A stretch of DNA of 64,000 bases from an uncultured Chloroflexia bacterium (lineage in GTDB: Bacteria > Chloroflexota > Limnocylindria > Limnocylindrales > CSP1-4), in contig CAVYBU010000021.1 in the NCBI GenBank assembly GCA_963766735.1, positions 32,001-96,000 of the forward strand, in the 5' to 3' direction. Below are positions 18,373 through 29,270 of the stretch, piece by piece (the stretch's first letter is position 1; every line of letters begins with the position of its first letter). The position numbers were made by a program, and so were the translations under genes. The notes beneath the pieces are model-generated. The model saw nothing but the letters and a program-made list of their open reading frames with translations. It did not search any database and had not been told where the DNA came from.

Positions 18373-20100
18373 ATGGTGCCCACCGCGACCACGCGAAGGC
18401 GGCGATCGGCCCAGATCCTCGGGGGGCTCCTGCCCCTCGACCCGGCGCGCCTGCCGGCCGACGTCATCGCCGGCGCGACCCTCGCGGCCCTCGCGATCCC
18501 GGAGGTGATGGGCTACACGAAGATCGCCGGCACGCCGGTGATCACCGGCCTCTACACGCTGCTCCTGCCGGTTCTCTTCTTCGCCATCTTCGGCTCGTCG
18601 CGCCACCTGGTCGTGGGCGCCGATTCGGCGACGGCGGCGATCCTCGCAACCGGACTCGTGGCCATGGGTCAGACCGCCCAATCGGCCGAGTACGTCCAGA
18701 TGACATCGCTGGCCGCCCTCATGTGCGGCGCGCTGCTGATCGTTGCCCGACTCCTGAGGCTGGGCTTCATCGCCAACTTCCTATCCCGCAGCGTGCTGAT
18801 CGGGTTCCTGACCGGCGTCGGCATCCAGGTTGCTATGGGCCAGGTCGGTGGCATGTTCGGGATCAGTGGCGAGAGCGGCGGGACGATCCAGAAGTTCCTC
18901 GAGACGCTGCAGGCGATCCCGACCGACACCAACGTGCCGTCGCTCGTGATCTCCGTGGCGGTCCTCGCCGTCATCCTCGGGCTGGGCCGTGTCAACAAGG
19001 CGATCCCCGGTGCCTTGATCGCCGTGGTCGGCGCGATCGTCGCGAGCTACGTGTTCGATCTCGAGGGGCTGGGCGTGACCGTCCTCGGAACGGTGCCCGG
19101 CGGTCTGCCGTCCCTGGGCCTGCCGACCGACGTCATGACCGGGGCGAACGTTATGGCGCTGCTGCCGACGGTCGTCTCGCTGGTCATCGTGATCCTGGCC
19201 CAGAGCGCAGCCACATCGCGGGCCTACGCAATGAAGTACGGGGACAGCTTCGACGAGAACGTCGACCTCGTCGGTCTTGGCGTGGCCAGCGTGGGTGCCG
19301 GCATCTCCGGCACCTTCGTCGTGAACGGCAGCCCGACCAAGACCGAGATGGTCGACAGCGCCGGAGGCCGAAGCCAGGTCTCGCAGCTCACCGCGGGCGC
19401 CGTGGTCGTGGTGGTCCTGCTGTTCCTGACCGGCCCGCTTGCCTACATGCCCAACGCCGTCCTCGCCGCCGTCGTGTTCCTCATCGGCCTGAAGCTGGTC
19501 GACCGTTTGGGGATGGCCGCGATCGCGCGGGTCCGCCAGGGCGAGTTCGCCGTCGCGCTCGCCACTGCCGTCACCGTTGTGGTCGTCGGGGTGGAGCAGG
19601 GGATCATCCTGGCGATGGTGCTCTCGATCATCGAGCACATCTACCACAGCTATCGCCCGTATGACACGCTCATTGCCCTCACCCCCGACGGCACGCCGGG
19701 ATCCGTCCCGCTCTCGGAGCTTTCCCAGGCACTTCCGGGCCTGGTGATCTACCGGTTCGGGGCAAGCCTCTACTACGCGAACGGCACCCGCTTCACCGAG
19801 GAGATCATGGACATCGCCGAGGGTGCCGACCCGGCCCTGCGCTGGCTGGGTGTCTCTGGCTCATCGATCGGCGACATCGACTACTCGGGCGCCGACACGA
19901 TCCGGCAGGTCAAGGAGGAGCTCGCCCGCACGGGCATCACGCTCGCGATCTGCGACCTGAACCCGAAGGTCCGCGGCCAGATCGACGCGTACGGCCTGAC
20001 CGAGACGATCGGGACCGACCGGATCTACGACACGACGGTGGACCTGCTCCGGGCCTACCGCGCCACCGCGGAACCGGCACCGGCACCGGCCGAAGGCTGA
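18373..20100 (+). CDS. SulP/SLC26 anion transporter with STAS domain
   Basis: AGATLAALAIPEVMGY, GLYT, GSSRHLVVG, C-terminal STAS LYYANG...IDYSG. Confidence 0.93.
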   Translation: MVPTATTRRRRSAQILGGLLPLDPARLPADVIAGATLAALAIPEVMGYTKIAGTPVITGLYTLLLPVLFFAIFGSSRHLVVGADSATAAILATGLVAMGQTAQSAEYVQMTSLAALMCGALLIVARLLRLGFIANFLSRSVLIGFLTGVGIQVAMGQVGGMFGISGESGGTIQKFLETLQAIPTDTNVPSLVISVAVLAVILGLGRVNKAIPGALIAVVGAIVASYVFDLEGLGVTVLGTVPGGLPSLGLPTDVMTGANVMALLPTVVSLVIVILAQSAATSRAYAMKYGDSFDENVDLVGLGVASVGAGISGTFVVNGSPTKTEMVDSAGGRSQVSQLTAGAVVVVVLLFLTGPLAYMPNAVLAAVVFLIGLKLVDRLGMAAIARVRQGEFAVALATAVTVVVVGVEQGIILAMVLSIIEHIYHSYRPYDTLIALTPDGTPGSVPLSELSQALPGLVIYRFGASLYYANGTRFTEEIMDIAEGADPALRWLGVSGSSIGDIDYSGADTIRQVKEELARTGITLAICDLNPKVRGQIDAYGLTETIGTDRIYDTTVDLLRAYRATAEPAPAPAEG

Positions 20101-20108
20101 GCGGGCCC

Positions 20109-20315
20109 GTGTCCCCGCTGCCGTCACGCGAAGAGCGTCGGGCGGCCGGCGAGGCGGCCCGGGCCCGCGTGCCGCTCGCTGCCCACGCGGCCTGGCGTCC
20201 GGCGCCCGACCGGCCGGACCCGGTCTCCCTCCTGCTGGAGCAGGCCGCGACCCGGCTGCGCGAGCTCATGGCGGCGATCGGGGCCGGGCGCGTGGAGGCC
20301 GAGTCGGGGGTCTGA
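20109..20315 (+). pseudogene. DUF2252-family gene collapsed by an in-frame internal deletion (68 aa)
   Basis: N-terminus ERRAAGEAARARVP...DRPDPVSLLLEQAATRL joined directly to C-terminus AAIGAGRVEAESGV. Confidence 0.65.
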
Positions 20316-20549
20316 CCGGCTGGCTCGTCAGGGCGATCGCGGGGCCGCGGCGCCGCCACGTCGGCCCCCCGACGACTGATCACGCGAACCGCGGACGGCG
20401 CTGCTCCGGGGCCGACCCATGTGCCGAGAGACGATGGCGTGGGTCTTTCGTCCGGTCTGTCCGGGGAAACCTTTCCACTATGCGGCGCCTCTTCGATGTG
20501 ACACGGTCCACAGCCCAACCGACCGCGACCTCGTCGAGCGGAGCAGCCC

Positions 20550-21797
20550 TTGATCACGTCTCCGACAGCGCACCGACTCCTCGCCGGCCCGCCGCCCGGT
20601 GGCAAGCCCGAGCCCCATCACGAGCACCGGGCGAGGCTGGGGCCGCTGCCCCGCGAAGACGCTCGCGGAGACCTCATCGCGAACCTCGAGACGAGCGGCC
20701 TGCTCGGCCGCGGCGGGGCAGGCTTCCCGGTCGGGCGCAAGTGGCGTGCGATGGCGGAGCGCATCCACGGCAGGGCCGTCGTCGTGGCGAACGGCGCCGA
20801 GGGCGAGCCCGCGAGCTTCAAGGACCGCGTCCTGATGGCCAGCCGGCCGCACCTCGTGATCGACGGCGCCATCCTGGCGGCCGATGCCGTCGGCGCCGAC
20901 GAGATCGTGTTCTACATCGGCCAGGAGCACGAGGCGGCGGTGGCCGCCATGAGCCGGGCCGTGGACGAACGGTGGCGCGAGATCGGTCACCCGGCCCGGA
21001 TCGTGGAGGCACCGATCGGCTACATCGCCGGCGAGGCGACCGCGGCGGTCAACTTCATCAACACCGGAAAGGCGATGCCGACCGTCACCCCTCCGCGCAT
21101 GTCCGAGCGCGGCGTGGCGGGGCGTCCGACGCTCGTCCAGAACGTGGAGAGCCTGGCCTACGCGGCCCTCATCGCCCGGTTCGGTGAGCACTGGTACCGA
21201 TCGGCTGGCCGGCTCGGGACCCGGGGCACGGCCCTGATCACGGTCACCGGCGCCGTGCGGGATCAGGGTGTCCGGGAGATCGAGATCGGGACCACGATCG
21301 GGGAGATTGCTGCGGGGGCCGGTGCCCAGGTCGCCGACACCCGCGCGGTCGTCCTCGGTGGGTACTTCGGGACGTGGGCTCCGGCCGGCGACGTCTGGGA
21401 CCTCCCGCTCGATCCAGCCGTGATGAAGGACCGCGGCCTCACCTTCGGCTGCGGCATCGTCGGGCTGCTGCCGAACGACGTCTGCGGCGTGTCCGCGACC
21501 GCGAACATCATGGCGTTCATGGCGAGGGAGAGCGCGGGCCAGTGCGGTCCCTGCCTGTTGGGCCTGCGGGCGCTCAGCGACGCGACGACGAACGTCGCGA
21601 TGGGCAGGGCCGGTGCCGACGAGCTCGATCACATCGAGCGGTGGACGGCGCAGACCGGAGGGCGGGGCGCGTGCCATCACCCGGATGGCGCGGTCCAGCT
21701 CATGGCCAGCGCGCTGACCGTGTTCGGCGACGAGTTCGGCCACCATGCCCGGACGGGACGATGCTCGACGACGGGGGCGCGGTTCGATGCCTTCTAG
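20550..21797 (+). CDS. NuoF/HoxF-like FMN and 4Fe-4S NADH-binding protein
   Basis: [34 protein letters not shown]...GACHHPDG. Confidence 0.9.
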   Translation: MITSPTAHRLLAGPPPGGKPEPHHEHRARLGPLPREDARGDLIANLETSGLLGRGGAGFPVGRKWRAMAERIHGRAVVVANGAEGEPASFKDRVLMASRPHLVIDGAILAADAVGADEIVFYIGQEHEAAVAAMSRAVDERWREIGHPARIVEAPIGYIAGEATAAVNFINTGKAMPTVTPPRMSERGVAGRPTLVQNVESLAYAALIARFGEHWYRSAGRLGTRGTALITVTGAVRDQGVREIEIGTTIGEIAAGAGAQVADTRAVVLGGYFGTWAPAGDVWDLPLDPAVMKDRGLTFGCGIVGLLPNDVCGVSATANIMAFMARESAGQCGPCLLGLRALSDATTNVAMGRAGADELDHIERWTAQTGGRGACHHPDGAVQLMASALTVFGDEFGHHARTGRCSTTGARFDAF

Positions 21798-22017
21798 GAG
21801 AGACCACAGGCTGCGGGTGGACTGGATCCTGTGCGACGGCTACGGCCTGTGCGGCGACATGCTGCCGGAGCTGATCGACCTGGACGAGTGGCGGTACCCG
21901 ATCCTCCGTGCCGGTTCCGTTGACCGGGGGCTGCTCGACGACGCCCGTCGCGCCGTCGACTGCTGCCCGATGAAGGCGCTCATCCTCGAGCCCGTTCCCG
22001 CCGACCGGCGGGGGTAG
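21787..22017 (+). CDS. Single-cluster ferredoxin
   Basis: CDGYGLC...DCCP; overlaps the NuoF-like gene. Confidence 0.85.
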   Translation: MPSRRDHRLRVDWILCDGYGLCGDMLPELIDLDEWRYPILRAGSVDRGLLDDARRAVDCCPMKALILEPVPADRRG

Positions 22018-22100
22018 CGGGCGGCTCCGTTCCCGCCGATCGCAGCATGTCGACCACGCGGGAATGCCAGCACCGTTGACCCGCTGCCGGACGCGTCGCG

Positions 22101-23127
22101 TCAGCCGGCCAGGGCCTCGCGGACGGCGGGGGCCACCTTCGTTCCGAACAGCTCGATCGAGCGCATGACCTGGGCGTGGGGCATGCCCCCGCCGATCACC
22201 TGGAGCAGGAAGCGCTCGTGGTGGAAGATCTCGTGCTGGAACAGGATCTTGTCCACGATCTCCTGCGGGCTGCCCACGAAGTTGGCGCCTCGCAGCGCCC
22301 GCGATTCGTCGAACGACTCGCGGTCCATGGGTGCGAAACCACGCTCGCGGGCGATCCGGTTCATGAGCGTGCTGAGCGGCGGGAAGGCCTCGTCGGCCGC
22401 CTGCTGCGATGTCGCGGCGACATACCCGTGGGAGGCGATCGCGAGCGCCAGTCCGGCGGCGCCCGCACCCTGCGCGGACTGCCGGTAGAACCGTGCGAGC
22501 GGCTCGAACCGTTCGGGGAGCCCGCCGATGATCGCGAGCGCCATCGGGAGACCCAGGGTGGCGGCTCGAACCGCGGATTCGGGCGTGCCACCAACGGCGA
22601 CCCAGACCGGCAGCGGGTCCTGCAGCGGGTCGCGGGTAGACGCCCCGATCGTCGATCGCCGCCCGGTGGCCGCCCGGCCATGTGATCCGCTCGGAAGCCC
22701 GCAACCCCAGGAGCAGGTCCAGCTTCTCCTCGAACAGGGTGTCGTAGTCGCGCAGGTCGTGCCCGAACAGCGGGAAGGACTCGATGAACGAACCGCGGCC
22801 CGCCATGATCTCCGCCCGGCCGCCGGACAGGAGGTCGAGCGTCGCGAACTCCTGGAAGACCCGCACCGGGTCATCGGAGCTGATGACGCTCACGGCGCTC
22901 GTCAGCCGGATCCGCGAGGTCCGTTCCGCCCCCGCCGCCAGGACCACAGCGGGCGCCGAGACGGCGAAGTCGGGCCGGTGATGCTCACCCACCCCGAAGA
23001 CGTCGAGGCCCACCTGGTCGGCGAGGACCATCTCCTCGACGAGATCGCGGAGGCGCTGCCCCGGGCTCGTCCGCCCGGTCGCAGGATCGGGCGTCAGCTC
23101 GCCGAACGTGTAGAGGCCGATCTCCAT
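22101..23127 (-). CDS. LLM-class (luciferase-like) flavin-dependent oxidoreductase (frameshift near 22628)
   Basis: [23 protein letters not shown]; second frame [14 protein letters not shown]...[10 protein letters not shown]. Confidence 0.9.
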
Positions 23128-23153
23128 CGGGGGGAGTATGCCCGCTGACTGGC

Positions 23154-23868
23154 TCACCGGCGCCAGCCCCGCGGCTCGTCATGCGACACGGTCCCCTGCC
23201 GCCAGCCGCGGAGCCTCAGCGCCGCGTCGATCTCGGTGCGGTAGGGCGCGCCCTCGGGTCGAAGGTCGAGCCAGTCGAGGTAGCCGGGGTCGTGGCGGGC
23301 AATCTCGCCGATCGACCAGGCGATGAACCGGCCGAAGGGAAGAACGGTTCCCGAGGGCGGCCCCGGCGGCTGCCCGGCGGCGCCGGTGCCGTCGGGCGCG
23401 TTGCGCCACTCGATGACCCGGCCATCGGCCCCCCGCCGCTGCACGGGCGGGCGTCCGGACGCGAAGCCCGGGCGGGCTCCCGAGCGCGGCGCAGCACCGG
23501 CGCCCGGGCGACCTGGGGCGGCGTCGGGACCGGCACCACCCGTTGCTGCCGCGCCGCCGGCATCGCTCTGCCTCTGCCGTGCCGGACTCGCTCGGCGCGC
23601 TCCAGGTCGCCGGGGGGTGGACGTCCTGCGCCGTGGACTGCGGGTGGGGCGTGATGCCGTGCTCCCGGTCATACCCGGCGCGCCGATCCGGGTTGCCCAG
23701 GATCTCCCACGCCCAGTTGACGATGACCATCTGCGGCGACGACGCGCCATCGACGGTCGCATCCGGGTGGTAGCGCCGGGCAAGGGCACGGTAGGCCGCG
23801 CGGATCACGTCCTCGCCGGCATCCGAGCGGATCTGGAGGATCTCGTAGGGATCGGGCTCGTTGCTCAC
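23154..23868 (-). CDS. J-domain (DnaJ class C) protein with a C-terminal [16 protein letters not shown] domain (frameshift near 23570-23617)
   Basis: DPYEILQI...[12 protein letters not shown] in one frame; the C-terminal domain lies in the adjacent frame. Confidence 0.8.
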
Positions 23869-24257
23869 CGGGCGCCAGGCGGGCCAGCCGCGATCTCACC
23901 GGCTCCGCCGGCCGTGCTCTCACCGACTCCAGGATTCTCGCGCTCGCAGGTCGTGCCTGCCGTCGGGACGACCGTTGGCATCGGCGATCTCTCCATGCCT
24001 GACCCTAGCCGATGAACCCGCCAGGGCGCAACCGGATCCCCCTGTCCTGACGCGCCTGAGGTCGAGATCCGGGCCGCGACCCCTTCGCTGGCCGTTGTGG
24101 CCGAGGCCCCCCCGCGCTCGTCCCGGCGTATTGACTCGGGATGCCAGAGTTGGGGACGACCCGAATACCTGCCGATGATCTGCATCGCGCGAACCACGAT
24201 CGCCCGATGCCGGCGTCGCGTCGTGGTGAGGACCTTGGCTCGCAGGGAGGACCTGAT

Positions 24258-25784
24258 ATGGGGCAGGCCGCGCACGCCCGGCAGGACGAGGGGCATGACG
24301 GATCGCCGTCTCGTGCGCCCCTCGCATGGCGGCCGGTCCTCGCCATCGCGGCTGCCGTCGTCGGCGTCCTCCTGGTCGTAGCCGGGCGGTACGGGTTCCA
24401 CCGCGACGAGCTGTACTTCCTTGTCGCCAGCCGACACCTGGACTTCGGCTACGTGGATCAGCCGCCCCTCACCCCGTTGCTCACCGGGCTGCAGGCTGCG
24501 CTGCTGGGCGCTGCGCCGGCTGCGATCCGTGTCATGCCGGCATTCGCTATCGGTGCCGTCGTGGTGCTCGCCGCAGACATGGCGCGCTCCTTCGCGGGAG
24601 GCCGGCTGGCCCAGGTTCTCGCGGCCGCGGCAGTCGCGACGGGCGGCGGGATCCTCGCCGTCGGCCACCTCCAGTCAACGGCCACCTACGACCTTCTGGC
24701 CTGGACGATCATCACGGCGCTGGTCATCCGGCTGCTGCGCGGCGCCGATCCGCGGTGGTGGCTCGCGGTGGGCGCCATTGCCGGTATCGGGCTGCAGAAC
24801 AAGCACCTCGTGGCGGTGCTGCTGGCCGCGCTGGTCATGGCGTTGCTCGCGACCCGGCGGTGGGACGTCTTCCGGTCGCCGTGGCCGTGGCTGGCCGCCC
24901 TGCTCGCCCTCGCGATGTGGGCACCCAACCTCGCGTGGCAGGCGACGCACGGCTGGCCGCAGCTCGAGATGGCGGGCCGGATCGCCGACCGCTCGGGAAC
25001 CGAGAACCGCGTCCTGGCGATCCCGCTCCAGTTCATCATCGCGGGCGTGTTCACCGCTCCGGTGCTCGTCGCCGGCGTCTGGTGGCTGCTCCGCAACGAC
25101 GCCGCCCGGCCCTTCCGTGCGATCGCGGTTGCCTACATCGTCGTGCTTGCCTTCCTGATGCTCTCCGGCGGCAAGGGGTACTACGCGGCCGGTCTCATCC
25201 CGGCGATCCTCGCGGCGGGCGCGCTACCGCTCGCGGTCTGGGTGCAGCGTGGGCGCTGGCGGCCCATCGCCCTCGCCGGCGCGCTTCTGGGGAACGTCGT
25301 TGTCGTCGGGCTCGTCTCGCTGCCGCTGCTCCCGCCCGCCGTGCTTGCTTCGACGCCCATCCCGGGCATCTACAAGGAGAACGCGGAGCAGGTTGGCTGG
25401 CCCGAGCTCGCGGACACCGTCGGCCGCGTCATGGAGGGGATCCCCGACGGGGAGCGCGCCAACACCGTCGTGTTCACCGGGAACTACGGTGAGGCAGGCG
25501 CCATCAGCGCCTTTGGCCCGGAGCGCGGCCTGCCGCCCGTCTACTCGGGTCACAACTCGTTCGCCGACTGGGGAGTGCCGCCCGAGTCAGCCCGGACCGT
25601 GATCGTCCTTGGGTATGCCCGGGAGACGGACCTGCTGCGCTACTTCGAGCGCGTCGAGCAGGTCGATGTCGTCCGCAACGGGTACGGCCTCGAGAACGAC
25701 GAGGAGGGCCTGCCAGTGTTCGTCGCCCGCGATCCCAGGCGTCCGTGGGTCGAGCTCTGGACGGAGCTGCGCCACCTGGATTGA
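24258..25784 (+). CDS. GT-C fold glycosyltransferase (family 39/ArnT-like)
   Basis: RYGFHRDELYF, GYVDQPPL, PNLAWQATHGWPQ, NYGEAGA; multiple TM helices. Confidence 0.88.
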   Translation: MGQAAHARQDEGHDGSPSRAPLAWRPVLAIAAAVVGVLLVVAGRYGFHRDELYFLVASRHLDFGYVDQPPLTPLLTGLQAALLGAAPAAIRVMPAFAIGAVVVLAADMARSFAGGRLAQVLAAAAVATGGGILAVGHLQSTATYDLLAWTIITALVIRLLRGADPRWWLAVGAIAGIGLQNKHLVAVLLAALVMALLATRRWDVFRSPWPWLAALLALAMWAPNLAWQATHGWPQLEMAGRIADRSGTENRVLAIPLQFIIAGVFTAPVLVAGVWWLLRNDAARPFRAIAVAYIVVLAFLMLSGGKGYYAAGLIPAILAAGALPLAVWVQRGRWRPIALAGALLGNVVVVGLVSLPLLPPAVLASTPIPGIYKENAEQVGWPELADTVGRVMEGIPDGERANTVVFTGNYGEAGAISAFGPERGLPPVYSGHNSFADWGVPPESARTVIVLGYARETDLLRYFERVEQVDVVRNGYGLENDEEGLPVFVARDPRRPWVELWTELRHLD

Positions 25785-25829
25785 CCTCCCCAGGGTTGGC
25801 CCGCGGGGCGCGCTCGTCCTGGCCGGCCT

Positions 25830-26621
25830 CTAGAGCTCGGTGCGCTCGAACCGCCAGAACGCGACGATCGTGAAGATGATGCAGGCCGTGGCCGTGAAGA
25901 CGATCGCCCCGTACCCCTGGATCGGCTGGCCGCCGATGATGGCGCCGATCACGCTCGTATCGGACCCGGCGATGGGCACCAGCAGGGCCCACGGCAGGTA
26001 CTCGATGATGGGAACGCCGCCGAGGAGCTGCTGGCCGAACGCGAAGGCCAGGGGGATCGCGATCACAGGCCCGGCGCTGTCGAACAGGGTTCCGAGCATG
26101 AGTGACAGCGTGAGGTAGAAGAGCAGGTTCAGCCCCGCCACAGCGGCGCCCACCGCGAACGGCCCCAGATCCACGTCGATGCCGGCGATCGCCAGCTGCA
26201 CGAGCAGGACGGCGCTTGGGATCAGGATCATCGTCGCCAGCACGCCGACCGAGTTGGGCACGAGCTTGGACAGCACGAACGCCTTCCTCGATGCCGGCTT
26301 GGACAGCACCCAGGCTGCGGTACCGCTCCGCTTCTCGCCGACGACCACCTCCTGCATGATGATCGTCACGGCGATCGCCGCGAACATGGTCATCACGCCG
26401 AAGATGGTGAAGATCGCCTGGCGATCAGGTGCGTCACCCCAGATCAGCGCCGCAAGGGACCCGTTCACGACCGCGATCCAGATCAGCGACTGGATCCACC
26501 AGGACTTCGTCTTCCACCATGAGCCGAAGCCTGCGGCCATGAGACTCGGGAGGCCGCTGCGCCATCCCGTCTGCGTGACGCGGTCCAGCCCCGCCAGGCC
26601 CGACACGCTGGAGCTACCCAT
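25830..26621 (-). CDS. ABC-2 type permease
   Basis: GEKRSGTAAWVLSKPASR, about 6 TM helices. Confidence 0.88.
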   Translation of the reverse strand: MGSSSVSGLAGLDRVTQTGWRSGLPSLMAAGFGSWWKTKSWWIQSLIWIAVVNGSLAALIWGDAPDRQAIFTIFGVMTMFAAIAVTIIMQEVVVGEKRSGTAAWVLSKPASRKAFVLSKLVPNSVGVLATMILIPSAVLLVQLAIAGIDVDLGPFAVGAAVAGLNLLFYLTLSLMLGTLFDSAGPVIAIPLAFAFGQQLLGGVPIIEYLPWALLVPIAGSDTSVIGAIIGGQPIQGYGAIVFTATACIIFTIVAFWRFERTEL

Positions 26622-27576
26622 CGTCGCGTTTCCCTTCGACCAGGCTGACGAAGACATCCTCGAGACTGGCCGTCTGCCGCCTGAACCCCTTCACGACGAG
26701 TGAGTCGTCGGCCAGGAGCACACGTTGCATCCGGGACTCCGCCGCCTGCGCATCCGACACGACCACGTGCAAGGTCGCCGATCCGTCGACGTCGGAGACC
26801 GTCACCGTCTCCACCCAGGGCTCGGCCATCAGCGCCAGTCGCGCCCTCTCGACGTTACCGACCACGTCCACCAGGAACGCGGTTCCGGATCCGGTCGCGA
26901 GGATCTCCGAAATGGGGCCCTGCGCCGCGATCCCGCCCTTGTTGAGGATGCACACGGTGTCGCTGACGCGCTGGACGTCGTCCAGGAGATGCGTCGAGTA
27001 GAACACCGTCGATGTGGCCCGGAAGCCCTCCAGGATCGCCAGCACGTCACGCCTCCCGAGCGGGTCGAGCGATGCAGCCGGCTCGTCCAGGATGAGCAGC
27101 TCGGGCTCGTGGATCTGCGCCTGCGCGATCCCGAGCCGCTGCCGCTCCCCGCCGGAGAAGCCCTTGATCGCGCGGTCGGCTGCGTCGGTCAACCCGACGA
27201 GATCAAGCATCGACGCGATCCGGTCCTCGATCGCGGCCTTGGGCCCGGTGAAGAAGAAGCTCGCGGCGAACCGCAGCGTCTCCCGCGCGGTCATGTGCTC
27301 GTAGAACCGGGGGTCCTGGGGCAGGTATCCGACCCGGGCGCGGATCTCGGGACTGTTTCGGTGGATGTCGAGGCCGAAGATGGCGCCGGTGCCCGCGGTG
27401 GGTCGGATGAGCCCCAGCAGCATCTTCATCGTCGTGGTCTTGCCGGCACCGTTGGGGCCGAGGAAGCCGAAGATCGAGTGGCGCGGGACGCTCAGGTCCA
27501 GGGATCGGACGACGTCGAGGCCGTCATATGACTTGGTCAGCCCGGCTGTCTGGACAACCGCCTCCTCCGCCGCCAT
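26614..27576 (-). CDS. ABC exporter ATP-binding protein
   Basis: GPNGAGKTT, FSGGERQR, ILDEP, H-loop. Confidence 0.95.
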   Translation of the reverse strand: MAAEEAVVQTAGLTKSYDGLDVVRSLDLSVPRHSIFGFLGPNGAGKTTTMKMLLGLIRPTAGTGAIFGLDIHRNSPEIRARVGYLPQDPRFYEHMTARETLRFAASFFFTGPKAAIEDRIASMLDLVGLTDAADRAIKGFSGGERQRLGIAQAQIHEPELLILDEPAASLDPLGRRDVLAILEGFRATSTVFYSTHLLDDVQRVSDTVCILNKGGIAAQGPISEILATGSGTAFLVDVVGNVERARLALMAEPWVETVTVSDVDGSATLHVVVSDAQAAESRMQRVLLADDSLVVKGFRRQTASLEDVFVSLVEGKRDDG

Positions 27577-27693
27577 GCGAGCCCTCCCGTCCGCGCCAGT
27601 GCCGACTCCCTCTCGCGAAGGGTAACGCAGGCCCGGATCGCGATTGCGCCCAGGACGTGGCCGGCGGACCGCCCGGACCGCCAGGGGGCTGCC

Positions 27694-28008
27694 TCAGTCT
27701 CGGCGGAACGTCCGCAGGATCCCCGAGATGGCGACGAGCGTCCACCCGATCAGGCCGACCGCCACGACCGCGGCCGCGAGCGTTGGCAGGTCGGCGTTCC
27801 AGGCCCAGAGCGCGACCGCGATCGGGAGCGCCAGGATCCAGATGACCACCGCCGCCAGCGGCTCCAGGCCCGTCAGCCACGTCCAGGTGTCGGCGAACAG
27901 CGCACCGCCGGTCGCGAGGCCCACCGCAAGGCCGATCCACAGCAGGGCGAAGACCACCCCGGCGTACGACGCCAGGAAGACCTCGAGGGCGCGAGTTCGG
28001 GAGCGCAC
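27694..28008 (-). CDS. Small membrane protein (3 TM)
   Basis: 104 aa hydrophobic ORF adjacent to upstream gene. Confidence 0.7.
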   Translation of the reverse strand: MRSRTRALEVFLASYAGVVFALLWIGLAVGLATGGALFADTWTWLTGLEPLAAVVIWILALPIAVALWAWNADLPTLAAAVVAVGLIGWTLVAISGILRTFRRD

Positions 28009-28010
28009 GG

Positions 28011-28535
28011 TCAGCTCCTCGACTCGACCGGAACGAGGCGGACGAGCGGAATCGAGCGAGTGGTCGCGCGCCGGTATCGCTCATAGCTCGGATCGCGGGC
28101 GAGGACCCGGGGCCAGAACGCGGCCGCCTCGTCGGGCGGCAGCTCCTCCGCACGCACGGCGATCGTCCGGCCCATCACCTCGGCCCGCGCGGCCGGCTCC
28201 GACCCAAGGTTGTAGTACCAGCCAGGATGCGACGCACCGCCGTCGTTGGCGGCCGCAAGGACCATAGCCTCGCCATCGCGGAAGAACTGGAGCACGACCG
28301 TCCGCTCCCGGCGGGACCGCCGGCCGCGTGTCGTGAGCAGCAGGGCATCCACCTTCCACGGTCGCGTGATCCCGCCCCTGGTTCTCCGATACACCCAGAC
28401 GCCGAGAGGGCTCAGGTACCGGTCGAGCCCCCGGTGGACCGCCAGGGCGATGCGCTCCTTGCCGGAGATCCCCCGGGCAGCTGGTGCCACAGCTCCGGGT
28501 TCGTCCGCGCCGGTGTGCGTCCCTTCGTCGCTCAT
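28011..28535 (-). CDS. Ddn-like F420H2-dependent nitroreductase/quinone reductase (FDOR-A, DUF385)
   Basis: LLLTTRGRRS, HPGWYYNL, RSIPLVRL. Confidence 0.88.
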   Translation of the reverse strand: MSDEGTHTGADEPGAVAPAARGISGKERIALAVHRGLDRYLSPLGVWVYRRTRGGITRPWKVDALLLTTRGRRSRRERTVVLQFFRDGEAMVLAAANDGGASHPGWYYNLGSEPAARAEVMGRTIAVRAEELPPDEAAAFWPRVLARDPSYERYRRATTRSIPLVRLVPVESRS

Positions 28536-29080
28536 GGAGCTTCAACCGCCGTGCCGTCCAGCTCCCGTGCGATCTCGTCGGCCCAGGCATCGATGGCTTC
28601 CCAGTCCCGGAAGTCGCCTGCAGGCAGCGCCATCTTCGCTGCCGGCATCAGGGTGACAATGCGCTCCGCGAAGCCGATCGGCTTGGCCGCGGGATCCCAG
28701 GCGCCGAAGAACACCTTCTCTCCGCGCGGGTGGATCGCGTCGTGCAGGTCCGGGAACTCCTTGGGTACGGAGACCTCGAGGAGGTCGCGGCCTTCCTTGT
28801 CCACCGTGTCCGTCCCGACGGGGCCGCTGCTGAACAGCCAGGTCGGGCGCCCGGCGAGCAGGGCCCGATTCCTCTGGACGAACTTCGTGGCGTCCTTGAG
28901 CCAGTGGAACATGTATGCAGCGCCGCCCACCACGAACGCGTCGTAGCGCGACGGGTCGCGGACCTCGGACGCCGGGCGCAGGTCCGCGTCCAGGCCGTCG
29001 GCCCGCAGCCGCTCCGCGATCCGTTCGGCGATCCCCCGGGTTGCCCCATGACGGCTGGCGTACGCGACAAGGACGGACAT
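28532..29080 (-). CDS. Flavodoxin-domain protein (HemG-like)
   Basis: YASRHGATRGIAE, WLFSSGP, GDFRDWEAIDAWA. Confidence 0.88.
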   Translation of the reverse strand: MSVLVAYASRHGATRGIAERIAERLRADGLDADLRPASEVRDPSRYDAFVVGGAAYMFHWLKDATKFVQRNRALLAGRPTWLFSSGPVGTDTVDKEGRDLLEVSVPKEFPDLHDAIHPRGEKVFFGAWDPAAKPIGFAERIVTLMPAAKMALPAGDFRDWEAIDAWADEIARELDGTAVEAP

Positions 29081-29211
29081 CGATGGGCCTCCACGCTGCG
29101 CAGGGCGATCGAGTGCAAGGATGCCTGCTCCCTGTCCACCCCCCAAGGGCCGGAAGGGCACTGAGGAGGGGCCGGGCTGAGCTGAACCATCCGGCACCGG
29201 TGCGGACACGG

Positions 29212-29240
29212 GAGCGCTCCCGGCGGGGCCGGGAGCGCTC
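29212..29240. terminator. Perfect 13-bp hairpin downstream of the 29271 gene
   Basis: gagcgctcccggc-ggg-gccgggagcgctc. Confidence 0.55.
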
Positions 29241-29270
29241 GGGCAGGAACGGGCATGCGCGATGAGCCGC

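Noticed and set aside
24000-24257. Intergenic stretch as ncRNA or gene remnant
   Set aside because: No convincing helices or protein motif; consistent with divergent promoter space.
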